Notes under the pieces: generated by a model
What the model saw: only the letters and a program-made list of their open reading frames with translations
What the model was told of the DNA's origin: nothing
The model's database searches: none
Translations under genes and position numbers: made by a program
Part shown: positions 19,614 through 28,067 of the stretch, piece by piece
Layout of the letters: each line of letters begins with the position of its first letter
How positions within the stretch are numbered: the stretch's first letter is position 1
Source: Candidatus Eiseniibacteriota bacterium
Lineage (GTDB): Bacteria; Eisenbacteria; RBG-16-71-46
NCBI GenBank assembly: GCA_963725865.1
Contig: CAVSAC010000014.1
Coordinates: forward strand, 389,298 to 453,297
DNA: 64,000 nt
Reading direction: 5' to 3'

Positions 19614-21083
19614 TTACTTCTTGGGCGCGCCCGAGGCAGTCGCCGGGGCGGACCAGTCCGACTTCATCACCAGGTTGCCCGCCTTGAAGTGGAACGCCTG
19701 GCCCTTGGTCCAGTAAAGCCACGTCCGGTAGGTGTCTCGGTCGGCCTTCCATTCGAAGATCTCATCCGGCTTGCCCATCGCCTTGAAGGTGTTGACCTCG
19801 GCGGTCGCTCCGGCGGAGGCCGCCGACTCGGCGTCCGGCAACGCGGTGCCACTGCGCAGCGCGAGGTAGACCATCGCTTCCTCGGTGCTCTTGGACTTGT
19901 TGCCGCCCTTGTCGTACGCGGCGCTGAGCAGCTGATGGAACTCGGCCTTCTTCGGGTTCTTCATCAGCACCTTGTAGACGACCGCGACCGCGTCGTCGAA
20001 CTTGCCCTGCTCGATCAGGCTCTTGCCGAGTGCGCGCGGCACGTCGAGATCGTCGGGGTTGATCGACAGCGCGCGGCGGAACTGCGCCTCGGCCTGTGCG
20101 GGATCGCCGCCGTTCTGGAACGCCACGCCCGCGTTGTACGCCAGGTCGAACTCGCCCGGCCGCACCGCGCCCGCCTTGGACCACGCCTCGCCCGCCGACT
20201 TGAAGAAGCTCTTCTTGTCCGCGTCCGAGACACCGGGCGCCTGTGCCTTCTCGAAGTAGGCATTGCCGAGGCCGAGCTGCAGGTCCGCGTTGGCCGGCTC
20301 CGACTTGAGCAGGTCATTGAAGAACGTGATGGCCTCGTCGTACTTCTTGTCGTTGATGAGCTGGTTCGCGATGTTCTTGCGCAGGTTCGTCATCGAGGTG
20401 AGCAGCAGGCTGTCGTTCGGCGCCATCTTCAGCCCGGCCTTGAAGGTCGCCTCGGCGTCATCGAAGCGGCCGACATACTGGTACGCCTGGCCCATGCTCA
20501 GGTACGCGACCGGATCCTCGGGCTTCAGCTGCGTGGCCTTGGTGAACCAGCCGATCGCCTCGCTGTACTTGGCGCGCGTGTCGTTGAACATGCGCACCTC
20601 GCTCGCGTCCTCGCTCTTGGGCTTCAGCCCGATGTCCGGGTACAGCTCGAGGGCCGCCTTCATCAGGTTGATGCCCTTGTTGTAGAAGCCCACCCAGTAG
20701 CCCTGGCGATTGTCCTTCCACTGCTGGAGCTTCTTGTCGCCCTTGGCCGTGAGCCCGTCGAGGCAGCGCTTGAACGCGGCGCCCGATGGCGCGGCGCTGT
20801 CGAGCTCGGCGTAGGCCCAGCCCAGATAGCCCATGGCCTCGTAGTCGTCGGGGTCGCCCTCGGCGCACATCTCGAGCTGCTGGATGGCCTTGTGCATCTG
20901 GTTCAGGTAGTCCTCGGTATTGCCCTTGTCCTTGTCGCGCATGCCGCCCACGACATACTGGATGCCGCCGGCGCAATGCTCGTTGCGGGCCTGAGCGACA
21001 CCACCGAGCGTCACCGCCGTCAGGACGGCCAGCGCCGTTCCGATTGCGAACGCACGACGATTCACGGTCCCCTCCTCCCTCAC
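19614..21083 (-). CDS. Secreted TPR-repeat protein (Lys-rich)
   Basis: Signal peptide (NRRAFAIGTALAVLTAVTLGGVAQA), then ~10 TPR-like repeats (AYLSMGQAYQYVGRFDDAEATFKAGLKMAPND ...). Confidence 0.6.
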   Translation of the reverse strand: MREEGTVNRRAFAIGTALAVLTAVTLGGVAQARNEHCAGGIQYVVGGMRDKDKGNTEDYLNQMHKAIQQLEMCAEGDPDDYEAMGYLGWAYAELDSAAPSGAAFKRCLDGLTAKGDKKLQQWKDNRQGYWVGFYNKGINLMKAALELYPDIGLKPKSEDASEVRMFNDTRAKYSEAIGWFTKATQLKPEDPVAYLSMGQAYQYVGRFDDAEATFKAGLKMAPNDSLLLTSMTNLRKNIANQLINDKKYDEAITFFNDLLKSEPANADLQLGLGNAYFEKAQAPGVSDADKKSFFKSAGEAWSKAGAVRPGEFDLAYNAGVAFQNGGDPAQAEAQFRRALSINPDDLDVPRALGKSLIEQGKFDDAVAVVYKVLMKNPKKAEFHQLLSAAYDKGGNKSKSTEEAMVYLALRSGTALPDAESAASAGATAEVNTFKAMGKPDEIFEWKADRDTYRTWLYWTKGQAFHFKAGNLVMKSDWSAPATASGAPKK

Positions 21084-21808
21084 ATGAGACGCGTGCCGTT
21101 CACCGTGAGCCCGTACGCGGCTCCCAGGAACGACGCCGCCTTGCGAGACACCAGTAGGCGCGTCATGAAGATCTCGAAGTACTCCATCACATGAGAGATG
21201 CCGGTGTCCACGGTGAGCTCCAACGTGATCTGCTTGCCGGCCTCGTCCACGTTCAGGAAGGACTTCTGCACCGCGTAGTTCACGCGGTCGTGGATGTCGA
21301 ACTTGATCATCTCCGGGTTCCGCACCCGGCTGCGGTGCACGTCGCTCTTGTCGGCGAGGATGAGCGCGGCGCTCACCGCGGTCACCGGATCGCCGTCCGT
21401 CTCGTGATGGTTGCCGATCGCGGAGATCACGGTGATCGTCTCCTCGGTCGGCATCCCCATCTCGGTCAGGATCTGCATCGCCATCACCGCCCCGCTCTGG
21501 GCGTGGTGGTCGCGATTCACGACATTGCCGATATCGTGCAGGTAGCCGGCGATGCGCGCCAACTCCACGTCCCGCTCCGGGTAGCCGAGCCGCTTCAGGA
21601 TGTTCCCGGCGATGTTTGCGACCAGTCCCACGTGCCGCTCCCCGTGCTCGGTGTATCCGATCTTCTCGAGCGACTCGTCCGCCTTGCGGATGTGCAGCCG
21701 GACCCGCGGATGGTCCTTCACCATCTCGAAGGTGATGTGCGCGCCTCCGCCGACGGCCGGCGGCGCCGTGTCCGGCTGGGCATGGTTCGGAGTGTGGTGA
21801 CGAGTCAT
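21080..21808 (-). CDS. HD-domain phosphohydrolase
   Basis: HD motif region (GYLHDIGNVVNRDHHAQSGAVMA). Stop overlaps the TPR gene start (ATGA). Confidence 0.6.
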   Translation of the reverse strand: MTRHHTPNHAQPDTAPPAVGGGAHITFEMVKDHPRVRLHIRKADESLEKIGYTEHGERHVGLVANIAGNILKRLGYPERDVELARIAGYLHDIGNVVNRDHHAQSGAVMAMQILTEMGMPTEETITVISAIGNHHETDGDPVTAVSAALILADKSDVHRSRVRNPEMIKFDIHDRVNYAVQKSFLNVDEAGKQITLELTVDTGISHVMEYFEIFMTRLLVSRKAASFLGAAYGLTVNGTRLM

Positions 21809-22020
21809 GTCCTCAGCCTTCTAGTGCGGGAAGGATGCCAGAGTCCGGGAGCCGGGCATCGGGACGGCGGGAGCGGCGACTGTAGGTCTGCAATTCGAGA
21901 TGCGTCAAGGGCATCGCCTGGACGGGCACGCGCGCCTGTCGAATCCCTGACACGCGCGGCAGCGGCGTCGCTGCGACGCGGTGTGGCGCACCGGAGACGC
22001 CTGCCCGTGCGCGCGGTGCC

Positions 22021-22644
22021 TCAGCGGCGCGGCTGCCGGCGGCGGGCGTTCGCCTCGAGGTACGTCGCAAGCGAATCCGGACGGCCGGGCGGCGCGACCT
22101 CGAAGCGGAGCCTCAGCGCGTCGGCGCCGGTGACCACGTAGGTGAGTCGGAAGCGTGGCGTGCCGGGCGCGGGCTCGCTCACGAACTCGAACGTGTCGCG
22201 GGCCGCCGAGACCCGCGCCGTGTAGTCGATCGCGTGCCCCTCGTTGTCGAGGTACAGCGCGCGCACGCGGCCCGATCCGTCCTCGTGGCGCAGCATCATG
22301 AGATCGTCGTGGCGGCTGGCGGGTCGCCCCGGCGCAGCCGGGTACTCGGCGAAGCTGCGCCGCACGAGGATGCGCCCCTGCAGATCGAGCGCGAACGAGA
22401 ACGCGCCGCTGCCGTGTCCCGGCGCCCCGTCGCCCTCGCCGATCCAGTCGCCCATCAACGGGCGCCACCCCTCCCATGTCGTCGCGGTGGAGTCGCCCGA
22501 CGCCGCACGCACGACGTCGGTCCGCCACCCGATCGTCGCCAGCCCCACCACCACGACGGCGACGGCGATCGCGCGCCAGCGACCGCCCGATCCGCTCGGC
22601 GCTTCGCGCCGGGATCCTCGAATGCCCGCGAGCGTGAGTCTCAC
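22021..22644 (-). CDS. Hypothetical membrane-anchored/secreted protein, translationally coupled to priA
   Basis: GTG start overlaps the priA stop (GTGA). N-terminal hydrophobic segment (RWRAIAVAVVVVGLATIGW). The rest (208 codons) has protein-like composition and high GC3. Confidence 0.45.
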   Translation of the reverse strand: MRLTLAGIRGSRREAPSGSGGRWRAIAVAVVVVGLATIGWRTDVVRAASGDSTATTWEGWRPLMGDWIGEGDGAPGHGSGAFSFALDLQGRILVRRSFAEYPAAPGRPASRHDDLMMLRHEDGSGRVRALYLDNEGHAIDYTARVSAARDTFEFVSEPAPGTPRFRLTYVVTGADALRLRFEVAPPGRPDSLATYLEANARRRQPRR

Positions 22645-24650
22645 AGCACCTCCACCGGGTCGATGTCCACCACCACCTTGACCGTGCGCTTGTGCCCGTG
22701 TTCCTCGGCCGCCTCCAGCGCCGCCGCGGCGATGGCGCGCAGCCTGGGCGCGCTGCCGCCCTTGAGCAGCAGGTGCCAGCGGTGGCGGCCGCGCAGTCGC
22801 GCGAGCATCTGGGGCGCGGGGCCCAGCACGCGCACGTCCGCCGCAGCGGCCGCCGCCGCGATGGCCTCGCCGACCGCGCTCGCGACGCGCTCCACGTCGG
22901 CCTCGTCGGCGCCGGTGAACAGCACCGCGGCGAGCCGCACGTACGGCGGGTAGCCGGCCTCGCGCCGCGTCGCGAGCTCGCCGTCGACGAACGCCGCGGC
23001 GTCGTGCCGCGCCGCCGACACGACCGCCGGATGCTCCGGCGTGCACGTCTGCACGAACACCTCGCCCGGCGTCTTGCCACGGCCCGCGCGGCCCGAGACC
23101 TGGACCAGCAGTTGCCAGGTGCGCTCGGCGGCGCGGAAGTCGGGCAGGTGGAGCGCCACGTCGGCGTCCAGCACCCCCACCAGCGTGACACGCGGGAAGT
23201 CGAGCCCCTTCGCGATCATCTGGGTGCCGAGCAGCACGTCGGCCTCGCCGCGCGCGAATGCGCGCAGCACGCGCGCGGGCTCGGCGCGGTCCCGCGCCAC
23301 GTCGGTGTCGAGCCGCAGCACGCGCGCCTGCGGGAACACCGTCGCCAGCTCGCGCTCGACCCGCTGCGTGCCCGCGCCGCCGAATCGCAGCAGCGCCGCG
23401 TGGCACTTCGGGCACTGCGCCCCGGCCGGTTCCTGGTGATCGCAATAGTGGCAGCGCCAGACGCGCGGGCTCACGTGCAGCGTCAGCGTGATGTCGCAGT
23501 GCGGGCACTCCGGCACCCACCCGCACGCGCGGCACTGGGTGTGGTGGGAATGGCCGCGGCGATTGAGGAACAGCAGCATCTGCTCGCCGCGCGCGAGCCG
23601 CTCGCCGATGGCGGCGCGGAGCGGACGCGAGAGCAGCGAGCCGCCCTCGCCCTCGCGGCGCAGGTCCACGACCCGCACCTCGGGCAGCCGGCGGCGGTCG
23701 ATGCGCTCGGGCATCGCGAGGCGGCGGTACTTGCCGCGGCCGGCGTTGGCGAGCGACTCCAGGCTCGGCGTCGCCGAGCCCAGCACCACCGGGATGCCCA
23801 GCAGTTGCGCGCGCCGCACCGCGACGTCGCGGCCGTGGTAGCGGAGTTGTTCGCTCTGCTTGTAGGCCGGCTCGTGCTCCTCGTCCACCACGATCAGCCT
23901 CAGCGACGGCAGTGGCGCGAACACGGCCGAGCGCGCGCCCACCACCACGTCGAGCGCGCCGCGGCTCGCCAGCTCCCAGTTGCGCCGCCGCTCGCCGACC
24001 GACAGATACGAGTGCAGCACTCCGACGCGCCCGCCGAAGCGCTGCTCGAACGCCGCCACGACCTGCGAGCCCAGCGCGACCTCGGGCACCAGCACGAGCG
24101 TCTGCCCGCCCGCCTCGCGCGCCGCGCGCGCCGCGCGCAGGTAGACCTCGGTCTTGCCGCTCGCCGTCACGCCGTGGAGCAGCAGCGGCGCGAACGCTTT
24201 CGCCACGACCGCCGCCTCGACCGCGCGCACCGCCGCCGCCTGGGGTGGCGTCATCGTGATGCGCTCCGGCATCGCGAGCCGCATCACGGCGTCCTCGCTC
24301 GCGTGCGCTCGCGCGCGGCTCCGCGCGAAGCCCTCCAGCCCGCCGGGCAGCGTCGCGGCGAGCACCTCGCCGAGCGCCGCGAGGTAGTAGTCCGCGATCC
24401 AGCGCGCCAGCGCCATCAGGTGGGCGGAGATCGGCGCCACGGGCAGCACCGCGCCGAGGTCGAGCAGCCGCGCCGGCGCGTCCGCCGGCGGCTCGGCGAG
24501 TACCTCGACCACGAACCCGCGCGCGGCACGGTTGCGGAACGGCACCGTGACCTGCACACCCGGTTTCAGGCGGGCGATCAGACTCTCGGGGACGCGGTAG
24601 ACGAAGGTGCGCCGCAGCGGGATCGGCAGCGCGACGCGAACGAAGGACAT
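22641..24650 (-). CDS. priA: Primosomal protein N' (replication restart helicase)
   Basis: DEAD/DEAH helicase motifs (LLHGVTASGKTEVY, VVDEEH), cysteine-rich zinc-binding insert (CRACGWVPECPHCD...CHYCDH...CPKCH). 669 aa. Confidence 0.85.
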   Translation of the reverse strand: MSFVRVALPIPLRRTFVYRVPESLIARLKPGVQVTVPFRNRAARGFVVEVLAEPPADAPARLLDLGAVLPVAPISAHLMALARWIADYYLAALGEVLAATLPGGLEGFARSRARAHASEDAVMRLAMPERITMTPPQAAAVRAVEAAVVAKAFAPLLLHGVTASGKTEVYLRAARAAREAGGQTLVLVPEVALGSQVVAAFEQRFGGRVGVLHSYLSVGERRRNWELASRGALDVVVGARSAVFAPLPSLRLIVVDEEHEPAYKQSEQLRYHGRDVAVRRAQLLGIPVVLGSATPSLESLANAGRGKYRRLAMPERIDRRRLPEVRVVDLRREGEGGSLLSRPLRAAIGERLARGEQMLLFLNRRGHSHHTQCRACGWVPECPHCDITLTLHVSPRVWRCHYCDHQEPAGAQCPKCHAALLRFGGAGTQRVERELATVFPQARVLRLDTDVARDRAEPARVLRAFARGEADVLLGTQMIAKGLDFPRVTLVGVLDADVALHLPDFRAAERTWQLLVQVSGRAGRGKTPGEVFVQTCTPEHPAVVSAARHDAAAFVDGELATRREAGYPPYVRLAAVLFTGADEADVERVASAVGEAIAAAAAAADVRVLGPAPQMLARLRGRHRWHLLLKGGSAPRLRAIAAAALEAAEEHGHKRTVKVVVDIDPVEVL

Positions 24651-24796
24651 GCGCGCACTCTACATCAGCCCCGCGCGGCTCAAGGGACGCGCCGCGGCGC
24701 GGCGGGAGCGTCCGGGCTCACGGAGGCGGAGCCTGGTGGAAGCGTCGAGCCGGGTCAGCCCGGTTCGCGCGGGGCGCGGGGTGCCCGCTCCACCGC

Positions 24797-24849
24797 CGGG
24801 CAACACAAAGCCGGGCCGGCGGCGTGCGTCAGGCACACGCCGGCCCGGC
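24797..24849 (-). terminator. Rho-independent terminator after the REC gene (end of c-di-GMP operon)
   Basis: Minus-strand reading: GCCGGGCCGGCG-loop-CGCCGGCCCGGC (12-bp stem) followed by TTTGTGTT. Confidence 0.55.
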
Positions 24850-24884
24850 CTCCAGGGACACGTTGCTGCGGTCCGTGTGGAGGC

Positions 24885-25280
24885 CTAGGCCTGCATGCGG
24901 TTCGGGCTGGACTGCCCGAGGATCGCGTTGATGCGTTCGACCAGCTTGCGGGGGCTGAACGGCTTGGTGATGTAGTCGTCCGCTCCCACCTCGAAGCCGA
25001 TCTTCTGGTCCACGTTGCGGCCCTTCGCCGACAGCAGGATGACCGGGATCTGCTTGGTGTTGTCGTCCGCCTTCAGCAGCTTGCAGGTCTCGTAGCCGTC
25101 CAGCTTCGGCATCATGATGTCGAGGACGATGAGATCGGGATGCTCCGCTCTCGCCTTCTCGAGTGCCTGTTCGCCGTCCAGCGCGGTCAGGACCTCGTAG
25201 CCCTCCATGCCGAGACTGAAGTCCAGGATGTGCACGATGTAGATCTCATCGTCCACCACCAGGATCTTTCCCTTCGCCAT
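24885..25280 (-). CDS. Stand-alone response-regulator receiver domain (CheY-like)
   Basis: ILVVDDE...LIVLDIMMPKLDGYE...ILLSAKG...DDYITKPF. 131 aa, no output domain. Confidence 0.8.
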   Translation of the reverse strand: MAKGKILVVDDEIYIVHILDFSLGMEGYEVLTALDGEQALEKARAEHPDLIVLDIMMPKLDGYETCKLLKADDNTKQIPVILLSAKGRNVDQKIGFEVGADDYITKPFSPRKLVERINAILGQSSPNRMQA

Positions 25281-25286
25281 TGCGAC

Positions 25287-28067
25287 TCACCTCCCTGCGT
25301 GCGGGGTCACGTGCTCGCCCGTCATGGGCGACGTGCCGGACTCGTGCTCCACGTCCGCCAGCGCTTCCGCGAAGACCGCGACGATCTCCGGGTCGAACTG
25401 ACGCCCTCCAAGCCGGCGCAACTCCTCGAGCGCCTGCTCTCGCGACAGAGCAGGCCGATGGGGCCGCCCCACCGTCATGCTCTCCCATGCATCCACCACC
25501 GCCAGGATCCGGCTGCCGACCGGGATCGCCTCGCCGGCGATGCCGCGCGGATAGCCGCTCCCATCCCACCACTCGTGGTGACTCAGGACGATGTCGCGCA
25601 CGGCGCCCATGGTCTCGAGCGGGCGCAGCAGCTCGGCGCTCAGCTCGGGATGGCGTTCGAGCGCCTCGCGCCCGCTCGGCGACAGGGCGCCGGTGGCGCC
25701 GGTCACTTCGTCTCCGATGTTCGCCATGCCGACATCGTGGATGCTGGCGGCGAACGAGATCACGCCGGCCTCCGACTCGCCGAGCCCGTGACGGCGCGCC
25801 AGCGCGCGCGCGATGCGCACGCGATCGGGGGCGCGGTCGCGGCTGCGATCGAGGTGTCGCAGCACGTCGCGCAGCGCCTGCGTGGTGTCGGTCACGTGCC
25901 CCTGCGACTCCTCCATCACGAGCGCCTGCTCCCACGCCACGGTGACCCGGTCGGCGAGATGCAGGAGCAGGTGGCAGTCCTCGGCGTCGAACGGCTTCTG
26001 CGCGACCGGATCGGTGACGCTGAGCACGCCGAGCAGCCCGCGCTCGCCCTCGAGCGGCACGGACAGGAAGGTGCCGGTGCGGTAGTCCGAGCGGCCCGAC
26101 GGCTGGACCTCGGCGCGCGACTCGTCGCCCGCGACGCACACCGGGCGACGGTGCTCCATCACCCAGCCGGCCACGCCCTGACCGCGATGGATGCGCGCAT
26201 CGCGCACCACCTGCTCGTCGAGCCCGAGAGCCGCCTGGATGCGCAGGTCTCCACTCTCGTCGGGTGCGAGCAGCGAGACCACGCGCGCGTTCATGACTTC
26301 CGCCACCATCTCGATCGCCAGCCTCAGGACGTCTTCCGACCCCTCACGTGGACGCGGAGTCTCGCGTACGGTGACGCGCGGTCCGGTCCGCCTCGGCAAC
26401 ACCACCGTGAAGCGCGAACCGCGGCCGGGCGTGCTCTCCGCGAAGACCCGACCTCCGTGCCACTCCACGATCGACTTACAGATCGCCAGACCGAGCCCGC
26501 TGCCTCCGAAGCGTCGCACGAGCGAGGAATCCACCTGGTAGAAGCGCTCGAAGACCTTCTCGAGCGCCTCCTCGGGGATTCCGATGCCCGTGTCCTCCAC
26601 CTGGAGCGTCACGTCGCGGGTGTCACCCGTCAGGCGGAGGACCACGTTCCCGCCCTCGGGAGTGAACTTGACCGCGTTGCCGCCCAGATGGAGGACCAGT
26701 TGACGGAGCTGGTCCCGGTCGGCGTCGATCCCGGTATCGGCCGCCAGCACCTCGGCCTTGAGAGTCACCTGGCCGGCCTGGGCCATGGGATCCAGCAGCC
26801 GCCGGCCCTCCTCGAGCAAGTCACCGAGGTCCACGCTCTGGCGGTTGAGTCGCATCTGCCCAGAATCGAAACGGTTCAGGTCGAGAACCGATTCGATCAG
26901 CCGGGACAGCCGCTGGCTCTCTTCGTCGATGATGCCGAGGAACCGCCGGACCTGGGCGGGCGGCAGCTCGTTGTCCCCCGCCGACAGCAGGGTCTCGACG
27001 TAGGCGCGGATCGCGGTGAGCGGGGTGCGCAGCTCGTGCGAGACGGTCGAGAGGAACGTGCCGCGCAACGCGTGCAGCTCGTGCATGCGCTTGCCCGAGC
27101 CCTCGAGATCGCGGGTGTGTTGTTCGAGCTCGCCGTAGAGGCGGGCGTTCTCGATCGCGACGACCGCGTGGTGCCCGAACATCTCGATCACCTCGACCGT
27201 CTCGCTGGAGGGCACCAGCCGGTCCACGGGATCGTCGAGCGAGAAGTACGCGACCAGCTGCCCCGCGCGATCGAACAGCGGCACCAGCAGCACGTCGTCC
27301 GGGTGCCACTCCCAATCCTCCCGCGGGCCCAGGTCGCTGGTGACCCCGGCGGGCAGCTCGGCGTTGAACGGACTGGAGTGGCTTATGAAGTAGGAGCGCC
27401 CGACCTTGAATTCGTCCTTGAGCCACGAGAGGAACCGCTCGACGCCGATCTCCTCCGCGTCGAGCTTCGTGCGAGCCTCGGCATCGAGCCCGGCGAACGC
27501 GCGCGCGCGCAGGCGTTCGGTGCCCGGCTCGCGCACGCGCAGCAGCGCGATGCGGAATCCGAGCGAGGACTGCAGCGTGTCGACCAGCCGCGTGAACAGC
27601 CGGTCCTGGTCCAGCTCGGAGTTGATCTGGACGATATGCTGCAGCACCTCGTGGAGCTTCTGCGCGCGCTTGCGGTTCTCCTCGACCTGATTGAAGTAGA
27701 GGCGCGCGAGTCGCTGCCGCGTCTCGGTGAGGTCGTGCACCTGCTGGCGGAGCGCGTCCACCTCGGCGGGGCTGCCGTCCTCGGGGCCGCTCGCCAACGC
27801 GGCCGCCAGGTCGGCGGCGGCCTCGGCCACCGCGTCGTCGTGCGCGGCCGTCGCGGCGTCCTCGCGGGCGCTCACCGCCGCCTCGCGCGCCGTGACCGCG
27901 GCCGACCGGACCTCGGCCGCGCGGCCCACGGTCGGCGAATCGGGGGCGAGACCGTGCGCCTTCTTCAGCTTGCCCAGCTCGCGCCGGGTGCGATCCAGCT
28001 CCGAGCGCAGCCGGAGCTCCTCGGCCGACGGTCCGGTCCCGTGTCCCTTGCGGTTGGTGTTGCTCAT
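25287..28067 (-). CDS. Cytoplasmic hybrid sensor: coiled-coil, GAF, HisKA, HATPase_c, GAF, HD-GYP (histidine kinase fused to c-di-GMP phosphodiesterase-type domain)
   Basis: H-box LSTVSHELRTPLTAIRAY. G-boxes (VEDTGIGIP...GGSGLGLAICK). C-terminal HD...HHEWWDGSGYPRG HD-GYP signature. No TM segments. ATG overlaps the upstream paralog stop (ATGA). Confidence 0.8.
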   Translation of the reverse strand: MSNTNRKGHGTGPSAEELRLRSELDRTRRELGKLKKAHGLAPDSPTVGRAAEVRSAAVTAREAAVSAREDAATAAHDDAVAEAAADLAAALASGPEDGSPAEVDALRQQVHDLTETRQRLARLYFNQVEENRKRAQKLHEVLQHIVQINSELDQDRLFTRLVDTLQSSLGFRIALLRVREPGTERLRARAFAGLDAEARTKLDAEEIGVERFLSWLKDEFKVGRSYFISHSSPFNAELPAGVTSDLGPREDWEWHPDDVLLVPLFDRAGQLVAYFSLDDPVDRLVPSSETVEVIEMFGHHAVVAIENARLYGELEQHTRDLEGSGKRMHELHALRGTFLSTVSHELRTPLTAIRAYVETLLSAGDNELPPAQVRRFLGIIDEESQRLSRLIESVLDLNRFDSGQMRLNRQSVDLGDLLEEGRRLLDPMAQAGQVTLKAEVLAADTGIDADRDQLRQLVLHLGGNAVKFTPEGGNVVLRLTGDTRDVTLQVEDTGIGIPEEALEKVFERFYQVDSSLVRRFGGSGLGLAICKSIVEWHGGRVFAESTPGRGSRFTVVLPRRTGPRVTVRETPRPREGSEDVLRLAIEMVAEVMNARVVSLLAPDESGDLRIQAALGLDEQVVRDARIHRGQGVAGWVMEHRRPVCVAGDESRAEVQPSGRSDYRTGTFLSVPLEGERGLLGVLSVTDPVAQKPFDAEDCHLLLHLADRVTVAWEQALVMEESQGHVTDTTQALRDVLRHLDRSRDRAPDRVRIARALARRHGLGESEAGVISFAASIHDVGMANIGDEVTGATGALSPSGREALERHPELSAELLRPLETMGAVRDIVLSHHEWWDGSGYPRGIAGEAIPVGSRILAVVDAWESMTVGRPHRPALSREQALEELRRLGGRQFDPEIVAVFAEALADVEHESGTSPMTGEHVTPHAGR

